Source: Octopus vulgaris (Eukaryota). Taken from it: DNA of 64,000 bases. Of this stretch, positions 51,204 through 64,000 are shown in pieces. Position 1 is the stretch's first letter. Each line of letters starts with the position of its first letter. Made by a program: the position numbers and the translations under genes. Location of the stretch: contig OX597821.1 in assembly GCA_951406725.2 (NCBI GenBank), forward strand, positions 39,246,001 to 39,310,000, in the 5' to 3' direction. The notes under the pieces are model-generated. The model searched no databases. It saw only the letters and a program-made list of their open reading frames with translations, and was not told the origin of the DNA.

Positions 51204-51328
51204 AACATATATATTGTCGGTAAAATATAAATTTGAGAAAGAAGCGCACTCTAAGTTAAAGAGCAATATACTATAAAGTTAGATAAGGCCAGTAATCCCA
51301 TAAACCAGCCTTATCTAACTTATCTATC

Positions 51329-51359
<31 letters not shown>

Positions 51360-51366
51360 CTCTATC

Positions 51367-51397
<31 letters not shown>

Positions 51398-51405
51398 TAT
51401 GTATG

Positions 51406-51448
<43 letters not shown>

Positions 51449-51679
51449 ATGTATTTATCTATATGTATTTAATTGAGATAATTCAAGATAAACATGCGAT
51501 AGAACTTTAGATAATTTATTAAAAGATACAAATTATTCATAAAAAGATGGCTAAATTTAAATATTAAAATAACCAGTTTTATCATAAATATGCCACACAT
51601 TAAATTAGGAGATTAAATGTGTTTACATTGACAAAAATAAATATTTTATTTTTATTTTTATTTTATTTTGTTTATTAGT

Positions 51680-51860
51680 CTGAGAGAAATGTCAAGTGTA
51701 CAGCAACAGTCATAACAGAATTGTATGAGGAAATGTGACTTTTATAGAGATGTAAGTTCCATATTTATCAAACCGAAATAACACAAGGTCAAACTCCCTG
51801 GAATTGCGATGAAAAGACAAGCATAGTTTGAAGTAGAATGGGTTCGTAGACTCATACACT
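51680..51860 (-). pseudogene. SLC9C-like NHE TM3-4 fragment
   Basis: Good acceptor (ttctttttctag) followed by CMSLRT...CLFIAIPGSL (cf. human ILLISIPGFL), then TFPHTILL* in a second frame. Confidence 0.35.
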
Positions 51861-52799
51861 AGAAAAAGAACAGAACTCTTATAGATACAAGAAAAAATAA
51901 TGTGAAAAATTATTGATGAGTTCTTAGGGCTTACAACTAAATTTGTCTTGAAAGAAAAAAAAATCTCAGAACCAAATAAGTAACGTAATTTTAGCAACAG
52001 AACAAGTCACCTATGCAACTAATTCTTAACTAAAGTAAAATTCTCACATTTAGCATTATGAGGATTCAAGAAAATGGTCTCATATTTGTTTGAACAACTG
52101 TGTTTTTTTTTTTTTTAGTATGTTATACAATTGCTAAATTCAATAAGAACTGCTGCATTTGTTCAGAGTACCTAATTCTATTCTATTTCTTCAATCAAAC
52201 TAACAAGTAAAAGTGATTTTCATATAAAAACAAGAATAGAACTGAAAACTGGACATCTGAAGAATTACATTTCAAAGAATAATTATACCAGTCAGTTGAC
52301 AGGTAAAATATTTGGTAGAACAATTTCTTAATATTGCGGGCATGGCTGTGTGGTCAGGGAGCTTGCTTCCTAGCTACATGGTTTTGGGTTCAGTCCCACT
52401 GCGTGGTACTTTGGGTAGGTGTCTTCCACTATAGCCCCAAGCCGACCGGAGCTTTGTGATTGAATTCGGTAGGTGGAAGTTACTGCCGTGTGTGTATGTG
52501 TGCGTATAGCTGCTCAGTGCCTCTCCAAAACAGAGAGAGAGGGAAATCCTTCTAATGCTATATTTCTGTTGAAATATATTGCCTTTATTTCAATTAATTT
52601 TTGAAATAATGAATTTGCCATTATGACACTAGTGTTTGGAATGTATATTAGCAGGAAATTTTTATTGAAAGTTTTAATTTAGATCGCTTTTAAACCGGAA
52701 GTTTGTATTATTGAACACAAGGCAGTACAAGTCGGTTGGTATCGAAAGAACAGAAAAAGACAGTGCAAGTATAATGGTGGGTGGAGGTAAAAATGGGTT

Positions 52800-53220
52800 G
52801 ACTAATGACTAAGTATAACCAAATGTGAATATCTTTAATCGTCACTCAGAAAAAGTGATTTGCCACATTGCAACAGTTTGCAAATAGCTTGGATTTATTG
52901 AATTAACCCATGCACAAGCCTGTTGCATATAAAAGTAATTTGGGGAAAATTAAGGGCCCAGTCAACCAGAGCAGGAATGCAAAATGATGACACTGAAGGA
53001 GAAAACTAAAGAATGAAAATCATTGGCCAGGCATTTAGCTACATCTGCTCCTTCAATCATAAAATTAGTAAGATTATGAGAAGTTGAGGTTATAAGAGAT
53101 AATGGTGTCATTGAGACCCAACGGTGTCAGGTAATGCTGAATAAGTGCTATAGACAGACCATAGTTAAGTTCCAGATTCGGTAATATTGTGAATAAAGGG
53201 TTCAATGTTGGTTCTATGTC
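52800..53220 (-). pseudogene. SLC9C-like NHE TM4-TM7 fragment
   Basis: PDTVG (cf. TDPVA), then NLTNFMIEGADV (cf. QLGTIIEGESLL), then LGP* (cf. AGPL); frameshifted. Confidence 0.4.
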
Positions 53221-53247
53221 AGCGTGTGTATATATGAATTTTTTGTG

Positions 53248-53420
53248 TAATGAGATAAAAAAAAACCAAGGCTGTATACATATTAGAGCATTTATAGATA
53301 GAAGGTCTTACAGCTGTTTCTAGAATATTATCATTAATTAATATTCTAGAAACAGCTGTAAGACCTTCTATCTATAAATGCTCTAATATGTATACAGCCT
53401 TGGTTTTTTTTATCTCGTTA
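53248..53420. repeat. Near-perfect inverted repeat, ~80-bp arms, ~8-nt loop
   Basis: gagataaaaaaaaaccaaggctgtatacatattagagcatttatagatagaaggtcttacagctgtttctagaatatta is followed directly by its reverse complement. Confidence 0.95.
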
Positions 53421-54377
53421 TGCATAAGATTATGAGAACTAATAATATAGAGATTTTTCATCACCTCTAGGCATTCATTTCTGTGTATCTGTGCCACAAA
53501 TTAGCTTGACTAGAACTGCAATGATATTTGTGTAAGTGATTATCTTGTTGGCTGTCTTGGTGGGTGGTAAAATTAAGTCTGTAAATATATTGATTTAGAG
53601 CAATGTGGAAGAGATAAAGTGTTTCAACCATTAAAATGAATTAAGAAGCCTGAATATTTAAGGAGGGGAGAAATTGTAACATTTTTTACCTGTTTCAAAG
53701 ACATTAATCACATAATTGAAATGAAATGTTTTTAACTGATAAAAAACAGCAAAACTAGGTTACAGACTTAACTCGCTGGGACAATAACAAGTCAGCTGCT
53801 GGAAGTGTGTTCTACAACAGGAAATATGTTGTGTTCCTTAGGACAACACAATAAGTTAATGGCCCACTTCCATCTTTATGCATTGTGTTAAGGAAGACAT
53901 GTCTCTTGAAGAAGCCAATTCCTCTCCAGTTCATGGACGGTGATTGAAAATTGAAGGTAAAAGTAAATAAGTGAGATAAAATGTCTCATATGAGAATCAA
54001 TTGTGGAAAAATGAATTGATTTGCTAAAAATATATCACCCACCCCATAACAATAAAGCACATCGACGTGTGTGTGTGTATGTGTATATATATGTATGTAT
54101 ATATATATTAAATTAAAACTGCAGATGTCTACCACTCATAGCAGTATAGGAAAATGAATGCATACCATTTATGTATTTACTTCATTATCGCTTTTGGGAA
54201 TTGGATCAATTCTTAAAAGGTATTAGTTCAAATTATGTGTCAGGGTGTCAAGTAATAACCAAGAACTGGTGCCATGAGGGAATAACGGGAATAAAGTCAC
54301 TCAGATATGTAAACTATATTGCTGCAGACTTGGTTGGTTTACTGGAATCTCTCACTAGAAGCATCCACGAATATACA

Positions 54378-54461
<84 letters not shown>

Positions 54462-54611
54462 TCTGACAAGCTGTCCACAAGGCTTTCGCTTGGTGGATAC
54501 TAAAACTTGGGTAACTCTATGTCCAAGATATAAAATTCTTTGTTGTAATAATTACTGCTCTGTTCTTTAGAGTATGCTTCTTTCTGATATATGTTTTATT
54601 AACTATATATA

Positions 54612-54645
<34 letters not shown>

Positions 54646-54874
54646 CACACACATATAAACTCTTTTACTCTTCTACTTGTTTCAGTCATGTGACTGTGGC
54701 CATGCTGGAGCACCGCCTTTAGTCTGTCAAATCAACCCCAGGACTTATTTTTTGGAAGCCTAGTACTTATTCTGTCGGTCTCTTTTGCCAAACCGCTAAG
54801 TATCAGGGATGTAAACAGACCAGCATCAGTTGTCAAGCAATGGTGGGGGGACAAACACATACACACAAACATAT

Positions 54875-54939
<65 letters not shown>

Positions 54940-55101
54940 GCTTTCAGTTTCCGTCTACCAAATCCACTCACAAGGCTTTGGTCGGCCCAAGGCTATAGCA
55001 GAAGACACTTGCCCATGGTGCCATGCAGTGGGACTGAACCCAGAACCATGTAGTTCATAAGCAAGCTACTTACCGCACAGCCACTCCTATGCCTATATAT
55101 A

Positions 55102-56368
55102 TTGGGTCATCCTATAAATAATGCAGTTTCAAAATTAAGATAAACAAAGTTCTTTTTCAATCTAGAATATACTCTCCTTCATTTTCTACAATGCCCTTCC
55201 ATCTAAGTGGTAGGATTTCAAGGCTCCTCTTCCAAAATTCACTTGCCTGTGATGATAAATACTCCTCCACTACTGTTGTGACCTCTTCTACGGAATTCAT
55301 TTTTTTCCCACCAAATGATTTTGAAGACTGCAGAATAAATGATATTCAGATAGGGCAATGTCTGGTAAATATAGTAGGTGGGGTATCGTTTCCCATTCAA
55401 ACTGCTCCAGCCTTTGGAACATTATCCTCACTGTATGTGGCTAAGTATTATCCTGATGGAAGAACACCTTTTGTCTTGAAACCAAAGATGGTCGTTTTTC
55501 TTCTAACACTGACTTAAGCCTCTCAAGCTGTTCTCAGTAGATCTCCTTTGTTATTGTTTGGTTTGTGTTTAAAAGTTCAAAGTGGAATAAACCTTTCGTA
55601 TCCCACCAAACAGATAACAACACCTTACGTGGAGGAAAACCTTCTTTAGCCTGGGGTGCTGGTGTTTTCCTCTCCCTACCCACTGTCTTTGGCACTTCAC
55701 ATTTTTATAGAGAACCCATTTCTTGTTACCAGTCACTATTCAATCCAAAAAAGGTTCATTTGTGAGATGTGTCAGCAAAGAAGAGCACACATTGACTCTC
55801 TGTGCCTGATCAGACTCAGAAAGAGTGTGAGGAATCCATTGACCCAATGTGCTGACTTTTCCGATGGCATGCAGGTGTCGATGAATGGTTGAATAACCAA
55901 ATCCAAGCTTCTCTACTAGTTCCTCCACAGTTACTATGGGATTTTGTTCCACCAGTGTTTGCAGGACATCTTCATCAAGCTCTACAGATCTTCCAGGTCA
56001 AGGCTCATCGTCTAGGCTGTAGTTTCCAGCTCGGAATTTCTGGAACCACCGTTGACACTGGCTTCTGCTTATTGTTCGATTCCCATATTCTGCATTAATA
56101 TTCCTCACACTTTCTGCTGCCTTGTTGTATTTACTGAACTCATAAAGCAAAACATACCGAATATGCTCCTTTGTTATTTCCCTTATAACTTTGAAAAAAT
56201 AGCTGTTAAAGTCGAACTGCACTCTTCAAAACTTGCACTAAGAATAAGACAAGGTAAAATTACCACCTGCATTTACAGGAAGTTAATGCAGGTAGTTTAT
56301 CCCACCCCCCAAATGACTTTCAGTTCATGCAAATGAAAAAAAAACACATTATTTATGAGATGACTCAA
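55102..56368 (-). mobile_element. Near full-length degraded mariner element
   Basis: TIRs ttgggtcatcctataaataatg and cattatttatgagatgactcaa sit in TA context. Transposase pieces: HIRYVLLYEF...QRWFQKFRAGNYSLDDEP, WIPHTL (WVPHEL motif) and LVTRNGFSI/KWVLY. Confidence 0.9.
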
Positions 56369-56419
56369 TATATATGATGATGATGATGATGATAATGTAT
56401 GTATATATGTGTGTATGTG

Positions 56420-56930
56420 CGTGTGTGTATATACGAATAGCTATACTAGATGCAAGGGACACATGGGCTATGACTACTGAAGACATGCAAAAGCTTGAAA
56501 GAAATGAAGCCAGTGTGCTCTGCTGGATGGGTGATGTCAGAGATAAAAAAATTGGGTATGTGAGACTTGAGATGCAGTGTGCAAGAGAGAAGAAGACTAT
56601 ACTGGTATGGTGATGTGATGCATATGGATGAAGACAGCTGCATTGAGAAGTGCCAATCTCTAATTGTGGAAGGAGTGTGTGGAAGGTTTAGATCCAGGAA
56701 GATGTGGGATGAAGTGGTGGGAAAGGACCTCCAGAGTTTGAGCTTTACATGGGGTCAAAACTTCTGGTGCCTTGTACAAGTGCTCAGTACACTCTGTAAA
56801 GTGGTGGACATCCAGCGCTAGACAACACAAATGCTGCCTGGCCAGCTCTCCAACAGGCCAATTCCTGTCAAACTGTCCAATTCATACCAGCATGAAGAAA
56901 ATATGTTAAAAAAATGATGATGACGATGAT
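56420..56930 (+). mobile_element. Degraded, internally deleted RTE 3' fragment
   Basis: TWAMTTEDMQKLERNEASVLCW and VQERRRLYWYGDVMHMDEDSCIEKC are homologous to the young RTE. Confidence 0.85.
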
Positions 56931-57096
56931 GATGGTGGTATTAATATTTATATAGGCATGTGGAACTCCCAAAATATCCTGCTGCAGAAAGGCATATGGT
57001 AGCCAATGACCATATAGGACCTTTCAAATTCACACTATGAGTTTATTAACCAGACTATATCAATTAAATACATATGAGTGTGTATGTGTGTGTGTA

Positions 57097-57127
<31 letters not shown>

Positions 57128-57319
57128 TATGAATAGTTATAGTATGATAACAAAAGAAAGAATGAGACCTCGATATTATGCAAATAGAGGAATTTATCTG
57201 TAATATAATATGTGACAATTCTATTGGTTGCCATAATAAATTCCGAGTTTTGGATGTTGGGGCAGAAATCTGCTCTGGCATCTCGGATAACCGAATGATT
57301 GTCACATATTATACTACAG

Positions 57320-57355
<36 letters not shown>

Positions 57356-58225
57356 AAAATTTTTCAATATATGTGTGTGTGTATGTATATATATATATAT
57401 ATACATAAACACACACATATTGAAAATATTTTTAATTTTGTATACCTCTGAGAACTGGAAACATGTGAATTGTATAGTGGATGAGTAATATATTTCAGTA
57501 ATTGGTATAGTGCTAAAGGGGAAGTATAGCAGAACTGTGTGTAAAGATCAAATCTATCAAGGCTGTATTTAGTTACTATCAAACTGCTGCCATTTTAACA
57601 AATATCTTCCAGCTGAATTTTGGTTTATGATTGTGAAATGGCTCTTAACTTGTGACAACCATATAATTTAATTGCATCAAACAGCAATGACGATTGATAA
57701 ATGGAATGAGAATGAACTTGGATAATTTTCTTTAAAAGATTCCAATGAATTTCTCCATAAAATACACATTTTATCTGTTGAGATAATAATCGTATAAATA
57801 AAATCGGTAAATCTTATAGAAATTCTAGTTATAAAGGTTTAGAACTATGGATTTCAGTATATATGTTGGATAATGGTAGAACATAAATAAATAGACATTT
57901 CTTGAGAGACACTCTCATGATTGCTGTTGCTTTTATGAAATGTTTTATCTATCTTTGTCATCGTATGTAAAAGCATGTACGTCTTAATTTGTGTGTGCAT
58001 CTATGTGAAATGGTTGATGAGTTTTATGGGAAAATACTTAGGATTTTTACTTTTATTATTTGTAATATTAATGGTAAAGGCACCAACCAAGCAGAGTATT
58101 TATTGAAACTAATGCAGGCATTTGAAAGGGATTCCTTTAGAGTAAGCTATGAGATGGAGTGACACAGATAATATCCAAAGATTTTCATGAGAACCCTTGA
58201 AATAGTTATAAGTATGGTTACAATG

Positions 58226-58275
<50 letters not shown>

Positions 58276-58796
58276 CTGCAGCTCATACTAAAAGATAAAT
58301 CAAATCGATATATCGACATCTTCCTGACATAAATTGCAAGACACAAATCTTCACGCTATGGGTTCAATACTAAAACAGAGATGCCCTGCCTATTTTTTAA
58401 AGACAAAATCTTTTTAAAAAGTGTTAAGATGCTAATATTGAAGCTAATTAGGGCCAAACAAATAATAAAACAAATTTATAAAAGTGAAAAAGGAATAAAA
58501 ATGCCTAATAAAGGAACCAATGCAAAACAGACATTTATATTACTGTTTTTGTTTATAGAAGTCTAAACTTTTCACAAATATTTCATTCGGTTATTGAGTG
58601 AAACGTGGTGATATTTGTCAAAGCATATTCAAAATTAATTATTCAAGTGCATTCAAATGTGTTTTTGTTGACTGATGAAATGTAACAATGCATCTGCCAA
58701 AAGATGGAATTTCCATTTCTTAAAAAAATTATCTTAAGCTTCTGTAGATTTCTTTCTCGGCTCATTACCTGTTCTCTGTGATATAAGAGTGAAGGC

Positions 58797-59105
58797 CCAT
58801 GGCTTAGTAGTTAGGGTATTTGGATCATGATCGTAAGGTCATGAGTTCAATACCTGACAGTGCATTCTGTTTCTTTGAACAAGACACTTTATTTCACGCT
58901 GCTCCAGTCCACTCAGCTAGGAGAAATGATTAGGAGAACCTGTATTTCAAAGGACCAGCCTTGTCACATTCTGTGTCATGCTGAATCTCCCTGAGAACTA
59001 CGTTAAGGGTACATGTGTCTGTGGAGTGCTCAGCCACTTGTATGTTAATTTCACGAGCAGGCTGTTCCATTGATTGGTTCAAATGGAACCTTTTCCATCA
59101 TAACT
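58797..59105 (+). mobile_element. tRNA-derived SINE family D
   Basis: tggcttagtagttagg...gagttcaatacc head. The body ccagccttgtcacattctgtgtcatgctgaatctccctgagaactac also occurs at ~7730-7830, ~19133-19280 and 59598-59806. Confidence 0.8.
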
Positions 59106-59207
59106 GACAAATAGCCAGGAGTGGACAAACACACACACACACACACACATTTTACTGCAGCAAATTACTGAGACGTATTCTTATTGCCATCACAGAGAAG
59201 TAAGGAT

Positions 59208-61546
59208 TCATGCAATATGGAGAACAAAGTACAAAATATTTTGCTTTATAGAAATTTCAGAATGAGAATGTTTAACAACAGTCATCTTGAAGGTTAAATC
59301 AATTATAATAAAGTCCTCCATTTGGCGCAGGGAGTTCAGATTGAGCTGCATTGGTGTGTTGCTGTGGAGTCTACCAGTCTTATAAGACATGCCTGATGAT
59401 ATAGCATCACACTAATCATTTATCGACTGAAATTTAATTCAGTTATTACATAAATCTGTGTGATCAAGCTTGTTTCCCTAGAACACCGCCAAATGTAGTT
59501 TGCCATTTTTTATGTTTCTGAGTTCAGATTCTTGCAGTGATGATTCTTCACCTTTCATCCTTCTGAGTTAAATGTAGTGAATCCTGCCTAAAAGGCATAT
59601 GGCTTAGTAGTTAGGGTATTTGGATCATGATCGTAAGGTCATGAGTTCAATACCTGACAGTGCATTCTGTTTCTTTGAACAAGACACTTTATTTCATGCT
59701 GCTCCAGTCCACTCAGCTAGGAGAAATGATTAGGAGAACCTGTATTTCAAAGGACCAGCCTTGTCACATTCTGTGTCATGCTGAATCTCCCTGAGAACTA
59801 CGTTAAATGTAGTGAATCCTGCCTAAAAGGCAGGATTCACTACATTTAACTCAGAAGGATGAAAGGTGAAGAATCATCACTGCAAGAATCTGAACTCAGA
59901 AACATAAACAACCAAATCAGCAGCTGTTTTCATCTTCTATTTCTAAGCAGTTGCGGATTCCTCATTGCCTATGTTTGCATTTTGATTCTAATTGTTTAAT
60001 GGTCAGTAGGAAAGTCAAATAATAATAGGCATCAATTGTTTGTGATAATGTACATTAAAATAATATTTATAAATTACTCGTGGAACCAATTTAAGGAAAC
60101 AGTTTTGTTCTAAAATTCCGATAGAGCATTGAAGGAAATAGGGCAATTAGACATTTAAGAAATTACTAAAAAAGATTATTAAGAAACTGGTCAGTATTAT
60201 CTTTTGTAGTTTGAAAAATCAACAGAAAATCTAGTGTTATCCCAATGTATAAGAGAAATATAAAAAAAAAAGAAAAAAAATGGTAATTTTCTGCAATGTT
60301 TATCTTAGAATTTGTTGAAAAGTCATTGCAGAGAATATTTCCTTCCAAACAGTACTTAGTCATCTGTGATGTATGACTAGAATCTTCTGCTAACTAGACA
60401 GACTGCGACAAGGAGAGCAATGTGTTTAGTTTTGAGGTTCAAAAGAATTTGGTTTGTTGGAATAAATCAATAGAAGAATCATAGTGTTCCATAGAGAATA
60501 AGAAAATACAGGGTTTGTTTTCCTGATAGAATAAAAGGTTGGTAGCAAATTTTCTGTTTCTTTTTACTATTTAAAAAGATTAATTGAAAGATTTGGATCA
60601 GATCCTGGAATTTATAAATAAAACTCTCATAAATCAGTAGACTTGCCAAATCTGAGATGAGAAGCAAAAAGAAGAAAAAAAACCTTGTTGAATGCAACAC
60701 AATTATTTTGGCTTTTGTGAGATTTTAAAATAAAAATACCAATTGTTTTAAACAGAGAACAACATTGTCTACACATCATGTTGCTAGAATATGCCATTGT
60801 TTCAAAGTTTTCATACATATTTTTTAATGACTTTACCAAGTTAGCCGGATTGGACAGATTTGTAAATTTGCATATAGATTGTTGGAGAAAATATTTTCAC
60901 AGATAAATTAGTAATTTAAAAATTGTTGGAGAAATTAATAATTTACACCTTGTTGAACGAATTGTGTTTAGAGTTTTATGCATTTTAAGCTCAGCTGTGA
61001 TGCATGATTGAAACCTTTTGTTGGCCAACCAAGCTGAAATTAAGGTTTCTCATTACAGTAATGTGTTTATGTTTTATAAAATATGATAAAATATTTGATT
61101 TCTATTTCTGCTCTTTCACTTCAATTTTATTCTTTCATTTCAGTTTTTGTTAAAAATTTTTGTGCAAATTTTTTTTTCATTAAAGTTATAATTTTACTAA
61201 TTTTTTTTGACAATGTCTCTAACAACTTCAGGCTTGCCAGGACTCATATATGATAATACTTTATCTAATGTAAAGAATGATGATGGTGATGATAGTTGGT
61301 TTTATTTTACTTCTTGAGGAAGAACATAAATTTAGGACCATGAAGAAAAAAACTAGGAAATAAATTTGGCATTTCATTTACCACAACACAGAACATTCCA
61401 GCAAACCATGAAATAAGGTCAATAGCCATTAAGTATCTCAGAGTTCAAGATTTAAGGCAACAGACCATAAATTGTTTCTTGAAGTAATGGTAGAAATATA
61501 TCCAGAAAGTTCTTAAAGACATCTAAAATGTTCTATGGGTTGATGT
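59208..61546 (-). pseudogene. SLC9C-like relic unit 1 (NHE TM3 to cytosolic helices)
   Basis: In order: LDIFLPLL (~61482-61505; cf. LQIFLPVL), WLANK/FNHA (~61000-61035; cf. LSHIFNDA), FETMAYSSN (~60780-60806; cf. WEMLAYLAN), LYFLILY (~60491-60511; cf. FYLIILY), GITLDFLLIFQTT (~60205-60243; cf. GIVVLTLVINATT), SYKTGRL...EDFIIID (~59299-59387; cf. QFEHGML...DQFILVD). Confidence 0.7.
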
Positions 61547-62947
61547 TTGAGATGCAACATGAACAGAAAGGAAAAAGCTCTGCTCTATGAAATATCTTTC
61601 ACTCTTTTATGCATGTACAAAAGAAGCCTCACTTTTATTTCAAAATATTTCCTTCTTGGATAAATATTTACCTCTTCTCAGTTAGCCATCAAAAAGATCA
61701 GCATGATGAGAAATTCCTTGAGAGTTCTTCCAAACAAACTCTAAGTCATTGCCAGATGTTATGGAGGAATATTTCAATAGTCAAAGGATTTACTCGTTCT
61801 CTGCAAAGAAAGGAACACTTCATGATATTTAAAGGAAGTATTTCACAAAATCATTTTCAACAATATAAATTGTTGAATATTCTTGTTTATTGTATCATTT
61901 TACCAAGATCAGGAAACTGAGATTCTGTTTTTGATATGAACTGATTCCAAATCTCGACATTATTGAACTTTTATAGTAAATCATTAAAGCAAAGAAAAAT
62001 TCAATTTTTATTTCTAATGATTCACGTGAATAATCTAAATTAGAAGAAAAGTAAATTACCAAAGCAACTGCCTGGTTCTAAGATTAAAAACATTATAAAA
62101 CTAGAAAATAATTGTGCCAATACCATTTATTTTTAAACTTTTGGTTATATATATGTGTGTGTGTTCACACATATATACATACATTATATATATATATATG
62201 TGTGTATGGATGTATATATATATATATATATATATATCTTCCTCCTACTAACATGGAATGAAAACTTCTAATGATAGCCTGAAATAATTTCTTAGTCATG
62301 ATTAGTACTTGTGAAACTGGTTGACTATGTAAATATTTTATCTCATAAAAACAATATATTTTGTCCATTGTAAAATTTCTGTGTATTGTGCTTCCTTTTA
62401 TTTTTTCACTACAGTTAACCATGTGGAAATATATATATTTTTATCTATTTTTTTTTCACTATGTGTGTGTACATGTGTGCATACATGCGTGTGTGTTATT
62501 TTAAAATGTCTGTATACAATATATGGCTATAATATGTGCCAGTGCATAGTATATGGTTTTAATTTGCTCTACTCAGATATGCTCTTCCTATACTAAACTC
62601 TACAGGTTTTGGCAAACCATTTTTGCGATCCATTACAAACCTTTAAAACTCCATAATTTTATTCATTGTTTCATTATTCAGCCATGATGTCTTATAATTT
62701 TAACAGTATTTTAGATTTGTTAAACATTATTTTGTCTTCTCTTTCTTCCAAAATTATAGAAATAGGATAAACTCTGTGGTTTAAAATCCTGAGAGAAAAT
62801 ATATTAAGATTTTAGGCAGTGACATTGTTCCAACTTCAAATCTAATTACAATCTTTGTGATTTCTCTAAACAAAACAACATATAGTTGTCTCAGGTGACC
62901 TTAAGAGAAAATGTAACTAAGATTTTTACCTGGCACTAGAGTTACTT

Positions 62948-62994
<47 letters not shown>

Positions 62995-64000
62995 TTCATT
63001 TATTTAGTTATTTATTTTGTAATTTGTGAAGAATAACCTCACTAGCTCCAGGAATCCAAAGAGACAATCAGTAATTCACCGAATTTCTGATGATGTTGAG
63101 GGTGACGAAGGAACATCTTTCACCAGATGATTAAAGGTCACAGGATTTTCCCTGATGTTAATAGCCTTTGCCAACTGACAGAGAAAGGTATATGCATGGA
63201 TCTTCCTTTCAATCGCTCCTCCTTCTCCTCCCCCTCCTCTCATCATCACTTTTGTTTCTCCATGCTTGCATGGGGCATACGGATCTTGTCCAAAAGTGCA
63301 TCCATCTACTTGTCACATTCCTTTGTGAGGTTGACCATCCAGAGACCCACTTCCTATGCTTTTTCCTGTGTCTTTCTTTGAATATATATTCTGTGGATAT
63401 ATGTCTGGCCATGGAGGAATTTCCTTTTGCTTGGAAACAAGTAAGACTTAGTGACAGCTGTAGAAATCTGCCTCATCAAACTCCATTTAACCTGTGCAAG
63501 CATGGAAAAAGGGGATGTTAAAAGGATAATGATCACGTATCATTTGACTATAATGTGTCCTTATTTTCTTTCAGGTGGTACTCTCACCTTCAGCTGAGAG
63601 GTCCTTGTCTCCACTGGTGCTGGTGTCACATAAAAAAAAAGCACCCATACTAGTGTCATGTTAAAAGCTCTTGTGCTGGGTCACATGAAAAGCACCCATG
63701 TTGAAGCCATGTAAAATGTACCTGTGTTGGTGCCACATGAACAGCACTCGGTACCCTTTGTAAAATGGTTGGCATTAGGAAGGGCCTCCAGCCATAGAAA
63801 CCATGCCAAGATGGACAATTGGATCCTGGTGTCAAAATGTCCAACCCATATCAGCATGGGAAATGGATGTTAAATGATGATGATAGTAGCGTTTGATTTG
63901 GTTTCTATTTGTATCAAATTGAGTAAGTATATGCGTTCTCTTTCATTTGTTGCAGAAAGAAATAACCTCGACATCATTTTGCCAGAAAGAATGTTCAAAG

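Larger units (their letters stand above)
53850..58195 (-). pseudogene. SLC9C-like relic unit 2 (NHE TM2-TM13), split by an RTE fragment, a mariner and a SINE
   Basis: LPLIL (~58070), FME..IF*RKLSKFILI and FSWK (~57600-57765), ISAPTSKTRNLLWQ (~57230-57270; cf. ISPEVEVFLHRFWE), VIPLMAPVL-GYYLTP*H (~54230-54290; cf. VISLFSPIL...GYGLTWRN). Confidence 0.55.

Noticed and set aside
51276-51321. 14-bp stem hairpin aagttagataaggc/gccttatctaactt
   Set aside because: Short and between microsatellites; probably a repeat remnant with no evidence of function.

Overview
AT-rich, microsatellite-dense animal genomic DNA. The repeat repertoire (several tRNA-derived SINE families, RTE LINEs with (GAT)n tails, mariner relics) suggests an octopus or other coleoid genome; this is inference. 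I found no intact protein-coding gene, and most ORFs in the track are microsatellite or antisense artefacts. The main signal is in the unique sequence between the repeats. Read by hand on the minus strand, it gives dozens of short, stop- and frameshift-riddled peptides. These match successive parts of SLC9C/sNHE, the sperm Na+/H+ exchanger built of an NHE domain, a voltage-sensor domain (VSD) and a cyclic-nucleotide-binding domain (CNBD), in the correct order. The series restarts several times and the TM11-12 motif occurs six times. The window therefore looks like a head-to-tail array of at least 6, possibly 8-10, compact, mutually divergent, dead SLC9C paralogues. These comparisons were made by eye against my recollection of sea-urchin and human SLC9C1, so they need tBLASTn/HMM confirmation. 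TM/helix labels and unit boundaries are approximate. The window also holds a young 5'-truncated RTE with a variable minisatellite in its 3' UTR, several fold-back elements and a local template-switch rearrangement.
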